Assembly: GCA_964525875.1 (NCBI GenBank)
Contig: CAZGJS010000010.1
Span: 38,168 to 102,167, forward strand
Direction: 5' to 3'
From: an uncultured Eubacteriales bacterium
GTDB taxonomy: Bacteria > Acidobacteriota > Aminicenantia > Aminicenantales > Saccharicenantaceae
DNA length: 64,000 nt
The notes under the pieces are model-generated. The model made no database searches and had not been told where the DNA came from. It was given only the letters and a program-made list of their open reading frames with translations. Made by a program: the position numbers and the translations under genes. The stretch's first letter is position 1; each line of letters begins with the position of its first letter. Shown here piece after piece: positions 48,821 through 57,630 of this stretch.

Positions 48821-50518
48821 TCAATCCTTGAACGATGGGTCCCGGAAAACCGGGCGGCCGTCGAGGAGGGTCAGCAGGACCTTGACCCGGCCGATCTCGG
48901 AAGCCGGGATCTTGAAGAGGTTGCGGCCGAGGACGATGAGGTCGGCGGCTTTGCCGGGTACGAGGGAGCCGCGCGACTTTTCGTCGTGGCTGAGCCAGGC
49001 GCCGTTCGTCGTGTAGGCCCGGAGCATGGTCTCCAAGTCGACTTTCTCCTCGGGGATCCAGGCGTCGCCCGGCGGGTCGTCGGGTCCTCTCCGGGTCATG
49101 GCCACCTGGATGGCCTCGAGAGGGTTCATGGAGGACACCGACCAGTCACTGCCGCCGACGATGACGGCGCCGGTCCCGACCACGCTCCCGATGGGATAGA
49201 GCCAGCGCGAGCGGCCGGGGCCGAGGATCGGGAGGGTCAGTTCCGTGATGTACGGGTCGGCATAGGCCCAGAGGGCCTGGAAATTGGCCGAGACGCCCAG
49301 CCGCTTGAACCGCGGGATGTCGGCCGGGTCGATGAGCTCGAGGTGGGCGATGTGGTGGCGCAGGTCCCTGAAGCCGTTGGCCCGGCCGGCGGCCTCCAAA
49401 GCGTCGAGCGATATGCGGATGGCCCGGTCGCCGATGGCGTGGACGTGGATCTGGAAATCCGCCGCGTCGAGGGCCGCCGCGAGCGTGTTGAAGGCCTCGG
49501 GCTCGAGGAGCGGCGTTCCCCGGTCGCCGGGACGGTCGAGGTAGGGTTCGAGGAGCGCGGCCGTATGCGGTTCCATGACCCCGTCGGCGAAGATCTTCGC
49601 CGCAGTCGACTTCAAGCGCGCGCCGCGGTAGGCCTGGCGCAGTTTGACCAGCCGCTCGACCTCCGCAGTCCCCTTGCCCGTGTCCACGTGGAGCGAAGCC
49701 AGGACCCTGATAGAGAGCTCGCCGGAGCGGTCGAGGGCCGCGTAGGCGTCGAGGATCTTTTCGCCGGCGCTGGCCTCGATGATCGAGGCGATGCCGAATC
49801 GATTGGCCAGCAGGAGCCCGGCCCTCAATCCTTTGATAGAGTCCTCGAAGCCGAGTTCCGGGACGAGCTTATCGACGAGGCCGGCCGCGCTCTCGCGGAG
49901 GGTTCCCGTCGGCTCGCCGGTTTTAGGGTCGCGCTCGATGCGGCCGCCCGCCGGGTCAGCCGTGTCCTTGGTGACGCCGGCGAGCTCGAGGGCCCGCGAG
50001 TTCACCCAGGCGGAATGCCCGTCGGCCGAACTCAGCGCGGCGGGACGGTCGGGGACGAGGACGTCGAGGTCCTCCTTGCGGGGATTGGCCTGCGGGAAAA
50101 CGGGGAGGTCCCAGCCGCCGCCTGTCACCCAGGAAGCGCCGGGGTTCGCCGCCGCGTAGGATTTGATCTTTTCGAAGACATCCTCTTTCGTCCGCAGGCC
50201 GTTGAGGTTGCACAGGCCGAGCTCGATGCCGCCCGTGACCAGGTGGATGTGGGAATCCTGGAATGCCGGCAGGACCATTTTCCCGCCGAGGTCGGCGACG
50301 ACCGTCGAGCCGTCACGCAGCCGCAGGGCGCCCCGGTCGTCGCCCACGTAGAGGACCTTTCCCTTGGCAACGGCGACGGCCGCGGCCCAAGGTCGGGCTG
50401 CATCCATGGTGTAGACCGCCCCGTTCGTCAGAACCAGGTCGGCCCGCTCGGCCGGCCGGCCGCCCCGGCACGATACGGCAATGAGGGCCGCGACGATGAC
50501 ATTCTTCGCGAGACGCAT
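48821..50518 (-). CDS. Amidohydrolase 3 family (YtcJ-like) lipoprotein
   Basis: AVSC lipobox-like, QDSHIH, HAIGDRA, HIAHLE, GSDW, GKAADLIVL. Confidence 0.9.
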   Translation of the reverse strand: MRLAKNVIVAALIAVSCRGGRPAERADLVLTNGAVYTMDAARPWAAAVAVAKGKVLYVGDDRGALRLRDGSTVVADLGGKMVLPAFQDSHIHLVTGGIELGLCNLNGLRTKEDVFEKIKSYAAANPGASWVTGGGWDLPVFPQANPRKEDLDVLVPDRPAALSSADGHSAWVNSRALELAGVTKDTADPAGGRIERDPKTGEPTGTLRESAAGLVDKLVPELGFEDSIKGLRAGLLLANRFGIASIIEASAGEKILDAYAALDRSGELSIRVLASLHVDTGKGTAEVERLVKLRQAYRGARLKSTAAKIFADGVMEPHTAALLEPYLDRPGDRGTPLLEPEAFNTLAAALDAADFQIHVHAIGDRAIRISLDALEAAGRANGFRDLRHHIAHLELIDPADIPRFKRLGVSANFQALWAYADPYITELTLPILGPGRSRWLYPIGSVVGTGAVIVGGSDWSVSSMNPLEAIQVAMTRRGPDDPPGDAWIPEEKVDLETMLRAYTTNGAWLSHDEKSRGSLVPGKAADLIVLGRNLFKIPASEIGRVKVLLTLLDGRPVFRDPSFKD

Positions 50519-50562
50519 GCGGGCATTATATAAGGATGACCGGGGCCGGACAATACGCGGCC

Positions 50563-51972
50563 TCAGAGGACCGGCAAATAGCGCCGGATCTCATAGTCGC
50601 TGACCTGCTTGTCGAACTCGCCGGAGACGTTCCGGCCGTATTCCTCGACCTCCTTGAGCTTGTTGGCGATGAGCTTCCCGAAGATGTGATCTCCGAGGGC
50701 CTCCTTGACCAAGGCGCTCTTCTCCATGACCCGGACCGCCTCCTCGAGGTTGCGGGGCAGGACCCGGATCTCGAATTTTCGCTGCCGGGTGCCGCTCATG
50801 TTGTAGATGTTCTCCTCGACGGGGGCGACGAGGTCGTATTTCTTCCGGATCCCCTCGGCGCCGGCGGCCAGCATGACGGCGAAGGCGAGGTAGATGTTGC
50901 AGGCCGGGTCGGCGGCCCGGAGCTCGGCCCGCGTCGCCTGCTCCTTGCCCGGCTGGTATTCCGGGACGCGGATGTAGGCCGACCTGTTCCTCTGGCCCCA
51001 AGCGATATAGACGGGGGCTTCGTAGCCCTCGATGAGACGCTTGTAGGAGTTGACCCACTGGCTGAGGACGGCCGAAATCTCCCGGGCGTGAGTCATGAGC
51101 CCGGCCATGTATCGCCGGGCGAGGAGGGAGAGATGATAGGGCCCGTTCTTTTCGAAGAAGAGGTTTCTGCCGTCGCGCCAGAGGGACTGGTGGACGTGCA
51201 TGCCGCTGCCGTTCTGGCCGTTGATGGGCTTGGGCATGAACGTGGCGTAGAGGCCGTGCATCCGGCAGACCTTCTTGACCATGTAGCGGAAGATCATGGC
51301 CGTGTCGGCCATCTCCACGGCGTTGAGGTAGCGGAGGTCGATCTCGTGCTGGCTGTGGGCGGCTTCGTGGTGGTCATACTCCGTCGCGATCCCCATGCGG
51401 TGGAGGAGGAGCTGGATCTCCTTGCGGATCTCGCCGTAACGGCCGGTGAAGAAGTAGCCGCCGACGTCGGTCAGGGCCGGCGCCTCGCTCGACGGAAAGA
51501 TGAAGAATTCGAGCTCGGGCCCGCACTTGAAGTCGTCGATGCCGATCTCCCTCTTGGCCCGACCGAGGACGCGTTTGAGGATGGCCCGGCTGTCCCCTTC
51601 GTAGGTGGAGCCGTCGGGCGTCAGGATGTCCCCGAACATGACGGCCTCCCTCCAGGAGACGCCCTCGGCGAAGCCCTTGTAGGTCCAGGGCAGGACCCGA
51701 AAGGTCCGCGGGTCAGGCTTGAAGATGAGGTCAGATTCCTCGATGCGGACGAACCCGGCGATCGATGAGCCGTCGAACCCCTTGCCCTCCTTGAACGCCG
51801 CGGCCAGCTCGCTTGACGGGATGGTGAAATCCATCGGGCGCCCCAGGATGTCCGGGAAGATGAGCCGGATGAACTGGATGTCCGTCGCGGGATCCCGGAT
51901 GACGGCGAGGACGTCTTTTTCGTCCCTCGTCCCGAAGGCCTTGAAAGTTTTGGAAACCGCCGGCTGAGCCAT
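50563..51972 (-). CDS. glnA: Glutamine synthetase type I (alpha-like)
   Basis: FDGSSIAGF.RIEESD, GPELEFF, HHE...QHEI, TFMPKP..G.NGSGMH, GYEAP, NRSAYIRVP. Confidence 0.92.
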   Translation of the reverse strand: MAQPAVSKTFKAFGTRDEKDVLAVIRDPATDIQFIRLIFPDILGRPMDFTIPSSELAAAFKEGKGFDGSSIAGFVRIEESDLIFKPDPRTFRVLPWTYKGFAEGVSWREAVMFGDILTPDGSTYEGDSRAILKRVLGRAKREIGIDDFKCGPELEFFIFPSSEAPALTDVGGYFFTGRYGEIRKEIQLLLHRMGIATEYDHHEAAHSQHEIDLRYLNAVEMADTAMIFRYMVKKVCRMHGLYATFMPKPINGQNGSGMHVHQSLWRDGRNLFFEKNGPYHLSLLARRYMAGLMTHAREISAVLSQWVNSYKRLIEGYEAPVYIAWGQRNRSAYIRVPEYQPGKEQATRAELRAADPACNIYLAFAVMLAAGAEGIRKKYDLVAPVEENIYNMSGTRQRKFEIRVLPRNLEEAVRVMEKSALVKEALGDHIFGKLIANKLKEVEEYGRNVSGEFDKQVSDYEIRRYLPVL

Positions 51973-52012
51973 GTCGCCATCTCCTTTCGCCGGGACGGGG
52001 GTCCCCCAGCGC

Positions 52013-52116
52013 TTATTTTAATGCCAATTAAATAAGACAAAAACAATTCGTTTGTCAATATATATAAATAAAATATTTACAATTACATTCAATCATGATA
52101 ATTAAGTGGATAATTA
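52013..52116. promoter_or_regulatory. AT-rich divergent glnA/lrp control region
   Basis: About 83% A+T by count in a GC-rich window. Minus-strand TTGACA at 52053-52058. Short IRs (cttattt/aaataag, gacaaa/tttgtc). Confidence 0.65.
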
Positions 52117-52128
52117 GAGGTGCCGCCC

Positions 52129-52572
52129 ATGATCAACGAACTGGACAGGAAGATCGTCCGCGTCCTCAACGCGAACGGCCGCAAGAGTTTCCGGGAGGTG
52201 GCCAGGGACGTTGGCACCTCGGCCACGGCGGTGATCAACACCGTGAGAAAGCTCGAGGCGGCGGGGGCGATCAGGGGCTACGTCCCGGTCGTCGACCCGG
52301 AATACTTCGGCTTCCACCTAGCGGCCATCATCGCCGTCCGCATCTCCAGGGGCAAGCTCCTGGAGACCCAGAAGAAAATCTCCCAAGACTCCCATGTGGC
52401 TGCCATCTACGATGTCACAGGGGACTGGGATTCATTCATCATCGGCCGGTTCACCGGCCGCGAGGACCTCAACGGGTTCATCAAGAAACTCCTCGCCATT
52501 CCCTATGTGGACCGGACGGTCACCCACATCGTCCTGAACGTGGTCAAGGAGGACCCCCGGGTCGCCGTCTAG
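52129..52572 (+). CDS. Lrp/AsnC family transcriptional regulator
   Basis: LDRKIV..L..NGRKSFREVA HTH and YDVTGDWD RAM domain. Confidence 0.93.
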   Translation: MINELDRKIVRVLNANGRKSFREVARDVGTSATAVINTVRKLEAAGAIRGYVPVVDPEYFGFHLAAIIAVRISRGKLLETQKKISQDSHVAAIYDVTGDWDSFIIGRFTGREDLNGFIKKLLAIPYVDRTVTHIVLNVVKEDPRVAV

Positions 52573-52592
52573 GGGCCGGGCCGGCGAAGTCC

Positions 52593-52620
52593 TTGACAGG
52601 CGCCGGCGTTGTGCCATAAT
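52593..52620 (+). promoter_or_regulatory. Putative sigma70 promoter of speD
   Basis: TTGACA-N16-CATAAT with extended TG. Confidence 0.65.
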
Positions 52621-52650
52621 CAATTTTTAAACTACGCGAAGGAGAAGGCG

Positions 52651-53112
52651 ATGGCGAAAACAGCTCATTTCCCGATCGGCCACCACTACATCGTCGAGGC
52701 CTCCGGCTGCGACCCGAAGGTCATCGGGAGCGTCGAGAAGGTCCAGCAGATCCTGGTCAGGGCGGCCGAGATCGCCGGCGCCCACGTCTGGTCGATCTCC
52801 TTCAGCAAGTTCCCGCCCAAGGGAGTCAGCGGCGTCGTCGTCATCTCCGAATCCCACATCTCGACCCACACCTGGCCCGAGATGGGCTACGCGGCCCTGG
52901 ACATCTACACGTGCGGCGCCAAAGTCCGGCCCGACAAGGCCGTCGTCTACGCGGTCGAGGCCTTCGGCGCGGAGACCTCCCACATCACCGAGATCACCCG
53001 GGGTATCGACGAGGGCGACGCCGTCTTCTACCACAGCTTCATCACCTGGGAGGAGCGCCTGAACAAGGCCGGTCAGAAGAAGGACCGGGAGAAGGACAAG
53101 GAAAAGGACTAG
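52651..53112 (+). CDS. speD: S-adenosylmethionine decarboxylase proenzyme (class 1B)
   Basis: GVSGVVVISESHISTHTWPE, ALDIYTCG (pyruvoyl cleavage site ESH). Confidence 0.9.
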   Translation: MAKTAHFPIGHHYIVEASGCDPKVIGSVEKVQQILVRAAEIAGAHVWSISFSKFPPKGVSGVVVISESHISTHTWPEMGYAALDIYTCGAKVRPDKAVVYAVEAFGAETSHITEITRGIDEGDAVFYHSFITWEERLNKAGQKKDREKDKEKD

Positions 53113-53124
53113 GACGGGACGCCG

Positions 53125-53430
53125 ATGATCGTCGAATTCAGCGTCGTGCCCATCGGCCGGGGCGAGGCCCTGTCCGGGCTCGTCGCCCGGGTCGTGGATA
53201 TCGTCGACAAGAGCGGCCTGCCCTACCAGCTGACGGCCATGGGGACCATCGTCGAGGGGGATTGGGACGAGGTCTTCGGCCTCATCCGGCGGTGCCACGA
53301 GACCATGCGCGGCCAGGCCTCAAGGGTCTACACGCACATCACCGTCGACGACCGCGAAAAGACGAGCGGCCGGATCAAGGGCAAGGTCGCGGGAGTCGAA
53401 GCCGCCCTGGGTCGCGCCCTCAAGAAATAG
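53125..53430 (+). CDS. MTH1187/YkoF family thiamine-binding protein
   Basis: EFSVVPIG, YQLTAMGTIVEG, VDDR. Confidence 0.88.
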   Translation: MIVEFSVVPIGRGEALSGLVARVVDIVDKSGLPYQLTAMGTIVEGDWDEVFGLIRRCHETMRGQASRVYTHITVDDREKTSGRIKGKVAGVEAALGRALKK

Positions 53431-53589
53431 CCCGCCCCGAGTAAAACTAATTTACATCCTGTAAACCGGCTTGCCTGTCCGGCTTCGTGAGCCGCCGCTT
53501 TTCCTAAGGAAAGAAGAGTCCCGCGCTTGGCATAAAACCGGCTTCGTTTGGGGTAGCGATCGGAAAATGATGTTATAATAAGGTTGTCC

Positions 53590-56208
53590 GTGAAAAAAGC
53601 GACCCTCGGGACCCTTATTCTCTCCTTCCTGGCGGCCGGGGCTGTCTTCGGCCTGCAGGGAGCGAGCCCTCAGGACGGCGGGGCTCCCGAGGCCTTCGTC
53701 GGCCGCATCCAGGGGCTCCTCCAGAGAGGGAATTTTTCCGCCTACCTCGAAACGTTCACGCCCGAACTCCGGACCGTTGAACAGGATCGACTGGATAGGT
53801 TCTTCGGCGATCTCAAAATGACCGACTTGTCTCTGCGGACCGCCGGCATCAATCGTGGCGAGGCCGGTCTTGTCCGCGTCTTTCTGCAGGCGTTCTACCA
53901 GAACGTCCATACGGCCCTGATCGAATCCTGGACCCTGACCCTCGAGAAGAGGGCTGAAACCTGGACCGTCGTCCGCAAGGATGTCACGGGGACCATGACC
54001 ACCCTGTACAAGGTCCACATACCGGCCGAGCGCTTCGAACGCGCCCGCCGCGTCGAAGTCACGCACCAGGATATCCGCATCGCCTTCACGGACGCCGCGG
54101 TATTCTACGACGACCTCCCCGGTCTGGAGACCGCGCTTGTCATCGTCGGAAAGGGCACGGTCGATTTCTCGCCCGCCGACCCGAACGAACAGCACCAGCT
54201 GGAGCTCCTCTACAAGAAAAAGGAGCTCCGTGACGACATCGACTCCCTCTATGTCCGGTGTTCCTCGAGTTTCTTTGCCTCCAACATCGTCGTCGAGACG
54301 GACGACGCGTCGCCGGCCGTGTCGTCCAAGGAAAGGGACAAGGCCGCCGCGGTTTTCTCCCGGAACTACTCCCGCTCGTTCACCATCGAGAGCTCGTTCG
54401 ATGGGGGCCTTCTGTCCTTCCTCCCGCAGGGCGACGAAGCGGTGCTGGAGTTCAAGGCCCGGAAGGCCGGCGAGATGACCTATGTGTATTATCCCTTCTC
54501 GGACGATGAAGTCAGCCTCTTCGACCGCAGCAAGGACAGGATCATCAGCCTTTACAGCCCGGAGAGGGCGGCCGACCCGCCCCTGAAGAGGTTCTTCATC
54601 TCGTTCGAGGAGAAATTCGATATCCGCTCCTACGCGCTCGACCTCAGCTACACTCCCGCCACGTCGTTCCTCTCCGCCAAGGCCCGGGTCGAGGTCGTCC
54701 CCAAGGTGGCCCTCCTCGACAGCCTCAAGTTCCGCTTCAACCCGGACCTCGAGATCCTCAAGATCACGGATGCCGAGAACCGGGAGCTTTTTTACACCTG
54801 GGACAAGCTCCGCAAATTACTCTACGTCTATTTGATCTCCCCGCCCGCCGAGAAAGCGCCGGTAGCGATCGAGGTCTACTACCGCGGGCGGATGTACCCG
54901 GCGTTGCCGACGACCGACGTCATCGGCCAAGCCGGGAACAGCCGGCAGATCCGCTTCAAGCCCCGCTACGAGACCTACTTTTTCTCCCACGCGGGCTACT
55001 GGTACCCGGGCCCGGCGGGGGAGGACTACTTCCAGGCCCGGCTGACGCTCGTCATTCCGCCGGAATACAATTGCGTCGCCAACGGCGCGCTGGTGTCCAA
55101 GGGGCGCTGGGACGAGATGGACGACGTCGTCGAGATCGAAAAGACGGGCAACGCCATCTACACCTTCGAATCCCGCTCGCCCGTGAAGTACATGTCGTTC
55201 ATCGTCGGTCGGCTCGAACGGCAAAAAGAGCGGGCGGGCCCAGTGCCCCTCGAGCATTTTGTGGCGACGGAGGTCCTGGACCGGCAGCCGGGCATCATCG
55301 ACCAGGCAGCCGACATCCTCGATTTCTACGAAAAGGCTTTCGGCCCGTTCCCCTACGAGAAGCTCGGGATCGTCCTCAGGAGCTGGCCCGCATATGGTGG
55401 GCACAGCCCGGCCTCCTTCGTCGTCCTCAACGAGGTCCCCTGGAAAGGAGACACCGGCTTCTTGCCGCCGGTCGACACCCCCGTCGACCTGTCGCAGTGG
55501 GAGGGTTATTTCCTGGCCCACGAGATCGCCCATCAGTGGTGGGGCCAGGCGGTATCGTTCGAGTCCTATAAGGACCAGTGGCTGAGCGAAGGCCTGTCCC
55601 AGTTCGCGGCCGCCTCCTTCCTGCGGCGCAAGTACGGCGAGAATAGCTTCGCCGCCATCCTGAGGAAGTTCTCCCGCTGGACAAAGAAAAAGAGTTTCCG
55701 GGGCCCGGTCATCATGGGCTCGCGCTTGAGCTACCACGATTTTGAGGCTTATCAGTCCATCGTCTACAACAAGGCCGCCCTGGCCCTGTTCATGCTCCAG
55801 GACATCATCGGCAAGGAATCGTTCGACGCCGGCCTCCAGGCGTTTTTTGAAAAATTCAAGTTCCGGGCAGCCCGGACGGGCGAGTTCATCGCCGCCATGG
55901 AGTCCGCTTCCGGGCAGGACCTCAAGGAATTTTTCGAGGGATGGTTTTTTTCCTACGAGCTTCCCGAGGTCCAGACGAAGTGGACCGAGACTCCCGTCCC
56001 CGAGGGGGTCCGTCTCGACATCCGAGTGAGCCAGGTCAAGGGCCGCTTCGTTTTCCCCCTCTGGGTCGAGTGGAGCCGCGCCGGCGAGTCCGGCCGGAGG
56101 ATGTTCGTCGTCGACGAGACGACCGAAGAGGTTTCCCTGACCCTGCCGCGGCGGCCCGACAAGGTCCGGATCAATCCCGATAAAGCCGTGCCCGGCAAGT
56201 TCTATTAG
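53590..56208 (+). CDS. Secreted M1 family aminopeptidase
   Basis: LAHEIAHQWWG...WLSEG, IVYNKA, FGPFPYEKL, signal peptide. Probable GTG start. Confidence 0.88.
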   Translation: MKKATLGTLILSFLAAGAVFGLQGASPQDGGAPEAFVGRIQGLLQRGNFSAYLETFTPELRTVEQDRLDRFFGDLKMTDLSLRTAGINRGEAGLVRVFLQAFYQNVHTALIESWTLTLEKRAETWTVVRKDVTGTMTTLYKVHIPAERFERARRVEVTHQDIRIAFTDAAVFYDDLPGLETALVIVGKGTVDFSPADPNEQHQLELLYKKKELRDDIDSLYVRCSSSFFASNIVVETDDASPAVSSKERDKAAAVFSRNYSRSFTIESSFDGGLLSFLPQGDEAVLEFKARKAGEMTYVYYPFSDDEVSLFDRSKDRIISLYSPERAADPPLKRFFISFEEKFDIRSYALDLSYTPATSFLSAKARVEVVPKVALLDSLKFRFNPDLEILKITDAENRELFYTWDKLRKLLYVYLISPPAEKAPVAIEVYYRGRMYPALPTTDVIGQAGNSRQIRFKPRYETYFFSHAGYWYPGPAGEDYFQARLTLVIPPEYNCVANGALVSKGRWDEMDDVVEIEKTGNAIYTFESRSPVKYMSFIVGRLERQKERAGPVPLEHFVATEVLDRQPGIIDQAADILDFYEKAFGPFPYEKLGIVLRSWPAYGGHSPASFVVLNEVPWKGDTGFLPPVDTPVDLSQWEGYFLAHEIAHQWWGQAVSFESYKDQWLSEGLSQFAAASFLRRKYGENSFAAILRKFSRWTKKKSFRGPVIMGSRLSYHDFEAYQSIVYNKAALALFMLQDIIGKESFDAGLQAFFEKFKFRAARTGEFIAAMESASGQDLKEFFEGWFFSYELPEVQTKWTETPVPEGVRLDIRVSQVKGRFVFPLWVEWSRAGESGRRMFVVDETTEEVSLTLPRRPDKVRINPDKAVPGKFY

Positions 56209-56238
56209 GCGGTCAGGGAGGGATCCCGGCGGCTCCGG

Positions 56239-57630
56239 TCAGGCTGGAAAGCCGTTCGTATCGATGCGGAGACGCTTGATCATCTCGTTGAGCGTCGTCG
56301 GCTTGACCCCCAGAAGCTTGGCGGCCTTGCTCTGGACCCCCTTCGTTTTCTTCAGGGCGGCGAGGATGATCTTTTTCTGGAAGGCCTGAGTCCGGTCTCT
56401 CAGGTCCAGGGACTCTTCCGAGGAGATGAGCGCCTCGTCGTCGACCTCTCCCTCCCGGAGCAGGAAGGGAGGGAGGGAGGCCCGGGTGATGATCTTGGAG
56501 CGGGACAGAACGATGGCCCGTTCGACGAGGTTTTCGAGCTCCCGGACGTTGCCCGGCCAGTCGTGGGCATCGAGGATCTCGAAGACGTCTTCGCTGACCC
56601 CTTCGATCTCCTTGCGGTTCTCGCGGGCGTAGATCTCGACGAAGTGCTTGACGAGCTGGGGGATGTCCTCCTTCCTCTGGCGCAGGGGCGGGATCTCGAT
56701 CTTGATCACGTTCAACCGGTAGAAGAGGTCTTTGCGGAAGAGTTTTTGGGCGATGAGCTCCTCGATGTCCGCGTTCGTGGCCGCGAGGATCCGGACGTCG
56801 ACCTTGATCGTCTGGGTCCCGCCGAGCCGCATGAATTCCTTCTCCTGCATGACCCGGAGCAGCTTGGCCTGCGTTTCGAGGCTGATGGAAGAGACCTCGT
56901 CGAAGAAGATCGTCCCCGTGTCGGCGGCCTCGAAGAGGCCCTTCTTCAGGGCCACGGCGCCCGTGAAGGCCCCCTTGACGTGCCCGAAAAGGTGGCTTTC
57001 GAGAAGGTCGGGCGGGAGAGACCCGCTGTTGACCGTGACGAAAGGGGCCTCGGCCCGGTTCGAGTTCAGGTGGATGGCATGGGCGACGAGTTCTTTCCCT
57101 GTGCCGCTCTCCCCTTGGAGGAGGATCGTGCTCCGCGTCGGCGCCGCGGCCTTGACCAGCTCGAAGACGCTTTTCATGGCCTGGCTCTTGCCGATGATAT
57201 TGGCGAAGCCGTAGCGCTGGCGGAGCTCGTCCTTGAGGCGGAGGTTTTCGTCCTGGAGGCGCTTGCGCTCGACGGCCTTCTCGATGGCCAGGAGGAGGTC
57301 GTCGTGCTTGAAGGGCTTCTGGACGTAGTCCAGGGCGCCGATCTTCATCGCCGCGATGGCCGATTCGACCGAGCCGTAGGCGGTGATGATGATGACCGCG
57401 GCCAGGGGGTCGACCTTCTTGATCCTCCGGAGGACCTCGATCCCGTCCATGCCCGGCATGAGCAGGTCGAGGAGGATGACGTCGAAGGACTGGGAGGGGA
57501 ATTTCTCCAAGGCCTCTTCCCCCGAGGCCGAGATCTCGACCTCGTAGCCTTCCGACGTCAGGAGCTGGGCCAGGACGTCGTGGATAATGGGTTCGTCGTC
57601 GATGACGTGGATGATGCCTTTACTGCTCAT
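56239..57630 (-). CDS. Sigma-54-dependent response regulator (NtrC/PilR family)
   Basis: REC domain (DD, DLLMP, KPF), GESGTGKE, GAFTGA, HTH. Confidence 0.95.
   Translation of the reverse strand: MSSKGIIHVIDDEPIIHDVLAQLLTSEGYEVEISASGEEALEKFPSQSFDVILLDLLMPGMDGIEVLRRIKKVDPLAAVIIITAYGSVESAIAAMKIGALDYVQKPFKHDDLLLAIEKAVERKRLQDENLRLKDELRQRYGFANIIGKSQAMKSVFELVKAAAPTRSTILLQGESGTGKELVAHAIHLNSNRAEAPFVTVNSGSLPPDLLESHLFGHVKGAFTGAVALKKGLFEAADTGTIFFDEVSSISLETQAKLLRVMQEKEFMRLGGTQTIKVDVRILAATNADIEELIAQKLFRKDLFYRLNVIKIEIPPLRQRKEDIPQLVKHFVEIYARENRKEIEGVSEDVFEILDAHDWPGNVRELENLVERAIVLSRSKIITRASLPPFLLREGEVDDEALISSEESLDLRDRTQAFQKKIILAALKKTKGVQSKAAKLLGVKPTTLNEMIKRLRIDTNGFPA

Noticed and set aside
50563-51972. GlnA-like gamma-glutamylpolyamine ligase, suggested by nearby speD
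   Set aside because: The ammonium-site motifs (DGSSI..F.RIEESD and the GYEAP flap) are intact, which favours a true glutamine synthetase.
51989-52008. gccgggacgggggtccccc resembling the start of element D
   Set aside because: Too short and GC-rich, and the conserved core is absent.
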